From contig DAONDY010000001.1 of assembly GCA_035402805.1 (NCBI GenBank), positions 253,672 to 317,671 on the forward strand: a DNA stretch of 64,000 nt, given 5' to 3'. Shown here piece after piece: positions 39,785 through 47,980 of this stretch. Numbering within the stretch: position 1 is the first letter of the stretch; the number at the start of each line of letters is the position of its first letter. A model generated the notes under the pieces. That model did no database searches, was not told the DNA's origin, and saw only the letters and a program-made list of their open reading frames with translations. A program made the position numbers and the translations under genes. The stretch is from Candidatus Woesebacteria bacterium (GTDB lineage Bacteria; Patescibacteriota; Microgenomatia; UBA12405).

Positions 39785-40320
39785 ATTTATTAAAACAGGA
39801 GATCCAATATTATATTGGCTTACCTTATAGTAAAAACATCCTTAAGAACGGAAAAATAATTAAAGAACAATTTCTTGGGGGTAAAGGTAATTATCGTCAA
39901 ATTGCAACCGAAACCATTAGACTTGCTCAACAACAAAAAATAGATTTACTTAAACTAAGTAACCAAGAGTTCTATAATTTTCAAAAGAAAAATCATCTTG
40001 GAATAGATTGTTCTGGACTTGCCTGTCAGTTATTAAACTTTTATTTTCAAGCTGATTTAAATCCGCGAAAAACTTCAGCCGACATGTTAACATCTGCTCC
40101 AATTTCCCAAAAAATAACCGATTTGGATAAAATCCAAACAGGTGATTTAGTTCGCCAAAACAACGGCCATCATGTTTTATTTGTCATCGAAAAACAAAAC
40201 AACACCATTTACTACGTTGACAGTTCACTTAAAGGCAGGGGAGTAAAATATGGTAAGTTTGATATTACCGATAAAAATTTTATTCACCAAGGTTTTTATC
40301 GATTACTTTTCCTCGATTAA
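39766..40320 (+). CDS. NlpC/P60-like cysteine peptidase/acyltransferase
   Basis: YIGLPY, GIDCSGL and GDLV..HHV motifs. ATG at 39766. Confidence 0.65.
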   Translation: MAGNKLDLLKQEIQYYIGLPYSKNILKNGKIIKEQFLGGKGNYRQIATETIRLAQQQKIDLLKLSNQEFYNFQKKNHLGIDCSGLACQLLNFYFQADLNPRKTSADMLTSAPISQKITDLDKIQTGDLVRQNNGHHVLFVIEKQNNTIYYVDSSLKGRGVKYGKFDITDKNFIHQGFYRLLFLD

Positions 40321-40461
40321 TTCTCGATATTTTAACGGGTTTATAGACAAAATCTCAACTTCAGTTCCACATTCAGGACACTCGATAATATCTCCCACCA
40401 TAGTATTTTCTGTTATTTCAATTTCGGTTTGACAATCTGGACAAATAACTTTTTCGTTCAT
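40303..40461 (-). CDS. LysW-like zinc-ribbon carrier protein, 52 aa (absent from the ORF track)
   Basis: Hand translation: MNEKVICPDCQTEIEITENTMVGDIIECPECGTEVEILSINPLKYRELIEEK. Two CxxC motifs, acidic, LysW-like spacing. Confidence 0.8.
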   Translation of the reverse strand: MNEKVICPDCQTEIEITENTMVGDIIECPECGTEVEILSINPLKYRELIEEK

Positions 40462-40501
40462 GTTTTATTAAATTAATAACTAGTATAATTAAACTAATTA
40501 T

Positions 40502-41257
40502 ATGGCAAACACTCCTTTAATCAAATTAGAAGATGTTTATTTCAAAAGAGAAGATCTAAATGAAACTGGATCAGCTAAGGATCGGGCTATTATTTTTCAA
40601 ATAGAAAATCTCAAAAAACAAGGATTTAATAGTGCTGTAATTTCTAGCACTGGCAATGCTGCCATTTCTGCTTGCCATTTTTGTTTTTTGAACAAAATTA
40701 ACCTAACCGTTTTTTTATCACCCAAAGTAAACAAAAATAAATTAAATTTAATCAAAAACTGCCAAATAGTTTTCTCTAATAAAGCCATTAGCGATGCTAT
40801 TAAATTTGCTAAAAAAAATAACGCTTATCTTTTACGTCAATCAACTGACCCCAGTGCTTTAATTGGTTATCAAGAAATTGGCAAAGAATTAACCAAAGCT
40901 ACCAGCATTTTTGTTCCAGTTGGCAGTGGCACCACTCTTTTAGGAATCTCCCAAGCGGTTAATCCTTCAGTTAAAATGTTTGCCATTAAACCAGAAAACA
41001 CCTTATTAACTGATGCTCTCACTGTCAAATACCAACCCCTAAAAAACAGAGTAGCTTCTACTGTCAAAAATTCTGAAGGGTCAGAACTAATTATTCAAAA
41101 TAAAGAAATCTTGGAAGCTCAAAAAATACTAGAATCAAATAATATAAAGACCTCTCCCGAGGGAGCGTTGGCTTTTGCTGGATTTAAAAAAGCTAAAAAT
41201 CAAAAATTAGATATCGGTAGTTATCCAGTTGTAATCTTCACCGGATGTCAAAGATAA
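40502..41257 (+). CDS. PLP-dependent fold-type II enzyme (threonine synthase/cysteine synthase-like)
   Basis: KREDLNETGSAKDR, SSTGNAA and VPVGSGTT motifs. Confidence 0.85.
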   Translation: MANTPLIKLEDVYFKREDLNETGSAKDRAIIFQIENLKKQGFNSAVISSTGNAAISACHFCFLNKINLTVFLSPKVNKNKLNLIKNCQIVFSNKAISDAIKFAKKNNAYLLRQSTDPSALIGYQEIGKELTKATSIFVPVGSGTTLLGISQAVNPSVKMFAIKPENTLLTDALTVKYQPLKNRVASTVKNSEGSELIIQNKEILEAQKILESNNIKTSPEGALAFAGFKKAKNQKLDIGSYPVVIFTGCQR

Positions 41258-42360
41258 ATTTAGAAACTATCATTAATGATTCTCACTATTCCTTTTATTT
41301 TTTAGTGGTCGATAAGTTTCTAGACATAAATCTACCTCAAATCAAAAATTTTCACAAAATTTATCTTTCGGATTATTCTTCAATTAAAGTAAAAAATAGC
41401 GGAAAGCTTCTTAGTAATCAGAAAGTAATCGATTACATAAAATCGACATCAGGTTCTCTAATTCCCGCTATTATCCCTTTTAAGCCATCTGCTAAAATTG
41501 ATTTTTTATGTAAAAAATATAATTGGATAAATGTCAGTAATCCAGCCCCAATTAACCGATTTTTAGAAGATAAAATCAAGTTTGCCAAACTTTGTCAAAA
41601 ATATAAATTACCAATGATTCCTTTTGTCATTGGTAATTTTAATCAAAAAAACTTTTTAAAATATCAAAAATTATATGGCCCAAAATTGGTCTTACAAACT
41701 CATTTTGGTTGGGCTGGAAACAGCACTTTTTCTGCTTCGTCTTGGAACGAGATTAAAGATAAAATTTCTCCAGAAGTTATTACTAAATATAGCCCTTTTA
41801 TAAATTCTTCTTATTCTTTATTAAATAATTGTTGCCTTACTAAATTTGGTCTAATCCAAAGTCCTCCAGCTCTTCAATATACCGGAGTTAAACCATTTAC
41901 TCAAAACCCATTTACAACTGTTGGTCGACAATGGCCATCTTTTGCCCCATTAAAAATAATTAAAAAAATTAACACCATAACCAAAGATTTTTCCAAAATT
42001 TTAGAAGAAATCGGCTATAAAGGTTTTTTTGGACTTGATTTTTTAATCGATCAAGATAAAGTATTTTTATTAGAATGCAACCCTCGATTAACTGCCTCTT
42101 TTGATTTCTATACTAGACTCGAGTTAGGTCAAAAGATAACCCCTCTTTTTTATTTCCATCTGGCCGAATTTTTAAAACTTGATTATCAAATTGACATTAA
42201 ATTAGAACAAAAACGATTTGACAATAAAAAAATTATTGGCTCTGAATTGACTCCAAAAAATAAAAATAATAATTCTTGTCAGAAGCTAAATTTTTTTTAT
42301 CCTTTATCTAAAACCACTAATCCAATTTCTATCCCAAAAGATTTAAATGAAAAAAACTAA
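41245..42360 (+). CDS. ATP-grasp domain protein
   Basis: EDK, GWAGNST and GFFGLDF..LECNPR motifs. Confidence 0.8.
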   Translation: MSKINLETIINDSHYSFYFLVVDKFLDINLPQIKNFHKIYLSDYSSIKVKNSGKLLSNQKVIDYIKSTSGSLIPAIIPFKPSAKIDFLCKKYNWINVSNPAPINRFLEDKIKFAKLCQKYKLPMIPFVIGNFNQKNFLKYQKLYGPKLVLQTHFGWAGNSTFSASSWNEIKDKISPEVITKYSPFINSSYSLLNNCCLTKFGLIQSPPALQYTGVKPFTQNPFTTVGRQWPSFAPLKIIKKINTITKDFSKILEEIGYKGFFGLDFLIDQDKVFLLECNPRLTASFDFYTRLELGQKITPLFYFHLAEFLKLDYQIDIKLEQKRFDNKKIIGSELTPKNKNNNSCQKLNFFYPLSKTTNPISIPKDLNEKN

Positions 42361-43525
42361 ATCTCCTTTATTATTTTTAGTTTTTAGTCTAATTTTTATT
42401 GGCCTTATTTTTATTTCCATCTCTTCATTAAGTGAAGCCAATTCTACTATTGGTGACAAATTTTTCTTTATTAAAAAACAAGCCTTTTGGCTTATTTTAG
42501 GTATAATTTGTTTTTTTATAACTTCAAAAATTAAAATTGAAACAATCAAAAAATTTTCTTTTCTTTTTTATGCAGCCTCTATTTTATGTTTAGTTTTAGT
42601 TTTGATTCCTGGTTTTGGCAACGAAGCTCTTGGAGCCAAACGCTGGCTAAATTTAGGGTTTACTAGTATTCAACCATCAGAAATACTAAAACTTAGTTCA
42701 ATTATTTATTTTGCTTATCTATTTTCTAAAGAAGAAAAACGTCATATAAAAAACCTGATTTTTTATTTAGGAATTCCTTTTATTCTTATCATCATTGAAC
42801 CTAACTTGAGCACTGCTATTTTAATCTCTGCCATTGTTGGTTCTATTTATTATCTTTCTGGTGGCGATGTTATGCCTTTATTCGGAATTATCAGTCTTAT
42901 TTTAATTTTAAGTGTGCCATTAATCTTTTTTTCACCCTATAGATCGGCTAGATTAAAAACATTTTTAGAACCTCAACAAAATCAAGAAACATCTTCCTAT
43001 CATAGCAACCAAATAATACTAACTCTTTCTTCTGGGGGTCTCTTGGGAAAGGGTTTTGCTAATTCAGATCAAAAATATAAATTTCTACCTAAAATATCAA
43101 CCGATTCAATTTTGGCAGTTATTGGCGAAGAGGTTGGTTTTGTTGGTATTTTTGTAGTTTTATTAATTTATCTTTCTTTAATAAATTACCTGTTAAAATT
43201 TTCCAAAACTATAGATGACCAATTTCAAAGCCTTTTGGTTTCCGGCACTGCCTGTTGGATCGCCTACCAAAGTTTGATAAATATTTCTGCTATCGCTGCT
43301 CTTATACCCCTAACAGGAGTTCCTCTTCCTTTTATTTCCTATGGTGGATCATCACTATTAACCCTTTTTGTCGCCATTGGTTTAGTCAGAAATGTCGAAA
43401 AAAACCAAAAAATGCTGTTATACTCAAAGAGTGACCACAGTCAAACAAAAAAAAACGATCATTATCACCGGGACCCATCTCACCCCAGCCTTAGAACTCA
43501 TTCGACAACTAAAATCAGATCCTGA
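42347..43525 (+). CDS. ftsW: SEDS family peptidoglycan polymerase FtsW
   Basis: GAKRW, QPSE, GEEVG and TGVPLPFISYGGSS motifs. Confidence 0.9.
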   Translation: MKKTKSPLLFLVFSLIFIGLIFISISSLSEANSTIGDKFFFIKKQAFWLILGIICFFITSKIKIETIKKFSFLFYAASILCLVLVLIPGFGNEALGAKRWLNLGFTSIQPSEILKLSSIIYFAYLFSKEEKRHIKNLIFYLGIPFILIIIEPNLSTAILISAIVGSIYYLSGGDVMPLFGIISLILILSVPLIFFSPYRSARLKTFLEPQQNQETSSYHSNQIILTLSSGGLLGKGFANSDQKYKFLPKISTDSILAVIGEEVGFVGIFVVLLIYLSLINYLLKFSKTIDDQFQSLLVSGTACWIAYQSLINISAIAALIPLTGVPLPFISYGGSSLLTLFVAIGLVRNVEKNQKMLLYSKSDHSQTKKNDHYHRDPSHPSLRTHSTTKIRS

Positions 43526-44531
43526 AATTGATTGGCAAATAAATTATATCGGCCGAAAAAACAATTCTAGTGTTGACAATACTCCATCTATAGAATCCAA
43601 TATAATCCCTAAAATGGGAATAAATTTCTATTCAATTAATTGCGGAAAATTAGACCGCCGATGGATTCCAAATACCATTAGAGGTCTTCCCCAAACATTT
43701 AAATCCGTTTTTCAATCCTTTAAATTAATCAAAAAAATTAAACCAGACGTTATTATTTCTTTTGGTGGCTATGTTTCCGTTCCCATTATTATCGGTGGAT
43801 TTTTTAAAAAAATTCCTTCAATCACCCACGAACAAACCCTTACTAATAGTTTAACTACCAAAATTAATAGCCTTTTTGTCAATATAGTTGCCCTTTCTTT
43901 TAATAATCAAAAACAAAAAAATAGCCTCCCTAAACATAAAATAGTTGTTACTGGAAATCTTTTACGACAGGAACTTTTTAATCCTAAAAAATCAAAAATA
44001 GGGGATCAGATTGCTAAAATAAAAACAAAAATTATTTTTATTACCGCTGGTAACCAAGGTTCTCATGTTATTAATCTAATAATTGAACAATTATTACCTG
44101 AATTAAAAAATTATTTTATAATCCACCAAACTGGGAAAAACGATTTTGATAAATTTAATAAATTATCTAAAAAATATCCTAATTATCGAGTTTTCGACTA
44201 TATCGAAGCCAATGATATTGGTCATATTTTTAATAAATCAGAACTCATTATCAGTCGCTCCGGTGCTAACACCAGTCAAGAAATAGTCGCTTTAAACAAA
44301 AAATCAATTTTAATTCCCTTAAAAATCAGTCAACAAAATGAACAATTTTTAAACGCCACCTGGGTTAAAGAAAAAATCCCCGAATTTACCGAAATAATAG
44401 AAGAGAAAAATCTAAATAATATTAGCCTTTTAGGAGTTATAAAAAAGTTAATTTCTCTTAAAGTCAAAAATAATATTACCAAAGAAACTAACAATCCAAA
44501 ACTTTTAAGATTGATTCATGAAATTATTTAA
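43431..44531 (+). CDS. murG: Undecaprenyl-PP-MurNAc-peptide GlcNAc transferase
   Basis: TGTH..PA, FGGYVS.P, HEQ, GNQG, SRSGANT and EQ..NA motifs. GTG start at 43431 is inferred. Confidence 0.9.
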   Translation: MTTVKQKKTIIITGTHLTPALELIRQLKSDPEIDWQINYIGRKNNSSVDNTPSIESNIIPKMGINFYSINCGKLDRRWIPNTIRGLPQTFKSVFQSFKLIKKIKPDVIISFGGYVSVPIIIGGFFKKIPSITHEQTLTNSLTTKINSLFVNIVALSFNNQKQKNSLPKHKIVVTGNLLRQELFNPKKSKIGDQIAKIKTKIIFITAGNQGSHVINLIIEQLLPELKNYFIIHQTGKNDFDKFNKLSKKYPNYRVFDYIEANDIGHIFNKSELIISRSGANTSQEIVALNKKSILIPLKISQQNEQFLNATWVKEKIPEFTEIIEEKNLNNISLLGVIKKLISLKVKNNITKETNNPKLLRLIHEII

Positions 44532-44898
44532 AATTTCTTTATTCATTATTTTTTTTTCCCTATTATCTTTTTCTACCTATTCATTGGTTAATTTTTCTAA
44601 TAATAAAATTAACCCCGCTTCCAGTAAAAATAATTTTTATCTCCAAATAGAACATGCCTTAAAAACTAGCCAACTTGTAACCACTAAAAACACCATTAGG
44701 GATTATCAAAATCAGTTTGAATTCTATATAATTAATGAAAGTAATCCAATTAAAGTTAATTTATCAACTCAAAAAAATCCTTATTGGCAAATTACTTCTT
44801 TACAAGAAATTTTAAAAACAGCTAAAATTAATAATAAACAACTTCAATTAGTTGATCTAAGTATTAATCATCCTTATGCAACATTCAAAAATAATTAA
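44518..44898 (+). CDS. Short FtsQ-like protein
   Basis: TM helix and C-terminal VDL motif; located between murG and ftsA. Confidence 0.45.
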   Translation: MKLFKISLFIIFFSLLSFSTYSLVNFSNNKINPASSKNNFYLQIEHALKTSQLVTTKNTIRDYQNQFEFYIINESNPIKVNLSTQKNPYWQITSLQEILKTAKINNKQLQLVDLSINHPYATFKNN

Positions 44899-46123
44899 TG
44901 TAATCGATATCGGTACCTCAAAAATTACTACTCTTGTTGGTCAATATTTTGAAGATGAAGATAAATTTAACATTGTTGCTGTTTCTTCGATTCCATCCTT
45001 AGGTTTTAGAAAAGGACAAATAATCAACCTAGAGCAGGCCTCGCATACTATCACTCAAAGCATAGAATCTGCTGAAAGAATGGCTGGTTTTCAAATAAAT
45101 AGTGCTCATATTTCTATTTCTGCTCCTCATATTGAATCAATTAATTCCCACGGTGTTGTTGCTATTAGTAATCCCAATGGTGAAATTGATCTTAATGACA
45201 TAAACCGTGTTACCGAAGCTGCTAAAGCTATTTCTTTACCAACCGGTAAAGAAATAATTCACATTATTCAAAGAAAATTTACTGTTGACGGTCAAGAAGG
45301 GGTCATTGATCCGGTCGGAATGAACGGTATCAGGCTTGAGGTTGAAGCCCATTTAGTTTTGGCATCAAGCCCGGCCTTAAAAAATCTCAAGAAATGTCTT
45401 GAAGATATCGGTATTAAGATAGAGTCTTTGACTTACGCTGGACTAAGCACTGCTACTGCGGCTTTAACTGATACTGAAAAAGAACTCGGTGTTGCTTTGG
45501 TTGATATTGGTGGCAGTATTACCAACATTACTATTTTTTCAGAAGGTTCACCTGTATTTTCCTCTGTAATTCCAGTTGGAGCTAATAATGTCACCAATGA
45601 CATCGCTATCGGTCTTCGATTTTCCATTGAAGATGCCGAAAAAATAAAATTAAAATTAACTAAATTAGCTGAAACTAAAAAATTTGAAGATGAAGTTGAA
45701 CTCTCTCATTTTGATATTCATTCCGATGATAAGAAAAAAATCTCCCTTCAAATGGCAATTAACGGTATTATTAAACCTCGATTAGAGGAAATTTTTAGTT
45801 TAATTTATTCCCAAATTGAGACCAGCGGTTTCAGTCAAACAATTCCTGCTGGTATCGTTTTAACTGGCGGGGGAGCCATGACTGTTAACGCCAAAGAAAT
45901 TTGCAATAAAATAATTCCTCTGCCATTAAGAATTGCCGATCCTCCCAAAGTCGGAGGTGTAGTTGATGATATTATTAATCCGGCTTATACTAGCACCATT
46001 GGTCTCTTAATCCATAATAAAAACACTAAAAAGAATAGTGGGTCAAATATTAAGGCTCCTAAAGTTTCTATGGGTGGATTTATTGGCAAGTTAAAAAAGA
46101 TTCTAGAACCACTTTTACCCTAA
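44876..46123 (+). CDS. ftsA: Cell division protein FtsA
   Basis: DIGTSKI, VDIGG, AEKIK and LTGGG motifs. Confidence 0.95.
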   Translation: MQHSKIINVIDIGTSKITTLVGQYFEDEDKFNIVAVSSIPSLGFRKGQIINLEQASHTITQSIESAERMAGFQINSAHISISAPHIESINSHGVVAISNPNGEIDLNDINRVTEAAKAISLPTGKEIIHIIQRKFTVDGQEGVIDPVGMNGIRLEVEAHLVLASSPALKNLKKCLEDIGIKIESLTYAGLSTATAALTDTEKELGVALVDIGGSITNITIFSEGSPVFSSVIPVGANNVTNDIAIGLRFSIEDAEKIKLKLTKLAETKKFEDEVELSHFDIHSDDKKKISLQMAINGIIKPRLEEIFSLIYSQIETSGFSQTIPAGIVLTGGGAMTVNAKEICNKIIPLPLRIADPPKVGGVVDDIINPAYTSTIGLLIHNKNTKKNSGSNIKAPKVSMGGFIGKLKKILEPLLP

Positions 46124-46126
46124 AAT

Positions 46127-47302
46127 ATGGGATTAATCAAAACTCTTACTGGACAATTTGCCAAAATAAAAGTCATCGGAGTTGGTGGCGGTGGTAATAA
46201 TGCCATTAATTCAATGATCTCCGAAGATTCCATCAAGGGCGTCGATTTTATTTCTGTTAATACCGATTCTCAAGCTTTGTTAAATTCTTTGGCCTCAGTC
46301 AAAATTCAAATCGGTGAAAAATTAACTAAAGGTTTAGGAGCAGGTGGTAATCCTCAAATTGGCCAAAAGGCAGCAGAAGAATCCAAAGAAAGAATTAAAG
46401 AAGTGTTGGAAGGCACGGATATGGTTTTTATTACTGGTGGCATGGGAGGAGGCACTTGTACTGGTGCCGCTCCGCTTATTGCCCAAATCGCCAAAAAAGA
46501 GTTGGGGATTTTAACTATTGGTGTCGTCACTAAACCATTTTTATTTGAGGGCACTCGCCGCATGACTAATGCTGAAGAAGGAATTTCTCAACTAAGAGAA
46601 AATGTCGATACCTTAATTGTCATTCCTAATCAAAAAGTTATGGAAGTTGTCAACACTAAAGCCACCCTGCTTGAAGCTTTTAAAATTGCCGATTCTGTTT
46701 TAAGTAAGGGAACTAAAGCTATTGCTGATTTAATCACTGTCCCTGGTCTTATAAATCTTGATTTTGCTGATATTAAAACCGTCATGAGTAATGCTGGTTC
46801 TGCTCTTATGGGAGTAGGGGAATCCGAAGGTGAAAATAAAATTCAAAAAGCCGTTGAAGACGCCATTAATTCACCTCTTATTGAAGTCAATATTGAAGGT
46901 GCTAGGGGAGTTCTCATAAACGTTACTGGCGGACCAGATATTACTATGGCTGAAATTGAAGAAGCAGCTAAAGCTATAACCGAAAGAACCGCCCCCGACG
47001 CTAATATTATTTTTGGCGCTACTATCGATAATGATTTAAAAGGTAAAGTTAAAATAACTGTCATTGCTACTGGTTTTGATCCTAGTCGAGCTAATCTTTA
47101 TCAACATATTAAAAAACCTCAGCCAACTTTAATTAACCTGTCTAAAATAGAAGAAAATAAAAAACCCGAAAATAATCTTTCAAATCCAGCCGAACTTAAC
47201 GATAATCAGATAAAAGAATTTTTAGACAATAAAGAAGTTCCCGCTGGAATTGATATTGTCGACGAGTACGATATTCCCGCCTTTTTAAGAAAAAATAAAT
47301 AA
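46127..47302 (+). CDS. ftsZ: Cell division protein FtsZ
   Basis: GVGGGGNNA, GGMGGGT, NLDFAD and C-terminal DIPAFLR. Confidence 0.98.
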   Translation: MGLIKTLTGQFAKIKVIGVGGGGNNAINSMISEDSIKGVDFISVNTDSQALLNSLASVKIQIGEKLTKGLGAGGNPQIGQKAAEESKERIKEVLEGTDMVFITGGMGGGTCTGAAPLIAQIAKKELGILTIGVVTKPFLFEGTRRMTNAEEGISQLRENVDTLIVIPNQKVMEVVNTKATLLEAFKIADSVLSKGTKAIADLITVPGLINLDFADIKTVMSNAGSALMGVGESEGENKIQKAVEDAINSPLIEVNIEGARGVLINVTGGPDITMAEIEEAAKAITERTAPDANIIFGATIDNDLKGKVKITVIATGFDPSRANLYQHIKKPQPTLINLSKIEENKKPENNLSNPAELNDNQIKEFLDNKEVPAGIDIVDEYDIPAFLRKNK

Positions 47303-47369
47303 AAAAAACGGCCAAAAACTAAAAACAAATAACACCTTTCGGTATCAAAGTTTCAGCTTTCAGCCGTTT
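47301..47369 (-). terminator. Long G:U-rich hairpin with GAAA loop and U tail
   Basis: Minus strand: AAACGGCUGAAAGCUGAAAC..UGAUACC-GAAA-GGUGUUA..GUUUUUAGUUUUUGGCCGUUUUUUUU. Confidence 0.7.
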
Positions 47370-47373
47370 AATA

Positions 47374-47796
47374 TTACGGATGTCCGACGAAGTAGAAGTT
47401 CTTCACTTCTGATTGAGCTCCTACAAGATCAGATAATTTTCCATTATATTCTGATGAAAAATTAGTGAGTTTGGTTATATAACTGTAATCCCCCGGAAGA
47501 TAAATCCACAAGGAACCCTGAGAAAAGCATCTCTTCGATTCAAAGAAGACAACTACGCCTTCTGTTACGGGCGCATTTTCTTCCCCCATATCGCTTTCCC
47601 CATCAACAACCAGATGTGACGAGTAATCAACCACCATAATTGTTCCTTTCGGAACAATTGCGTTTACATTTTCCATCTTCTGCCAGCCTGGCTGAAGACT
47701 CAAATGATTCTCAAAGCCAGTCACTGAAAACACGATTATAAACGCTACCGCCAGTACTACTAGTACTGTAAAAATAACTTCTCTCTTTTTGTCCAT
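47374..47796 (-). CDS. Hypothetical membrane-anchored protein (orphan)
   Basis: N-terminal TM; strong SD (GAAGGAAAGG). Start is ATG 47796 or GTG 47805. Confidence 0.65.
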   Translation of the reverse strand: MDKKREVIFTVLVVLAVAFIIVFSVTGFENHLSLQPGWQKMENVNAIVPKGTIMVVDYSSHLVVDGESDMGEENAPVTEGVVVFFESKRCFSQGSLWIYLPGDYSYITKLTNFSSEYNGKLSDLVGAQSEVKNFYFVGHP

Positions 47797-47980
47797 GAAT
47801 AACACCTTTCCTTCTCATCCGTTTTTAATGTACATCTTTTATATATAAACTCGAAGCTTAATTCGAGAATAAAAAAGATTTTACTAGTTTAAACAATTTT
47901 CATTGTCAAACTAACCTATAATATCACAATTTATATTATAAGTCAATATCTTAAGCCCAAAACATAGTGTAAAATACACT

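Noticed and set aside
47301-47369. Integron attC site (AAC...GTT-bounded hairpin after an orphan ORF)
   Set aside because: No proper RYYYAAC/GTTRRRY boxes. G:U pairs, a GNRA loop and a U tail on the coding strand fit an RNA terminator, and no integron integrase is present.
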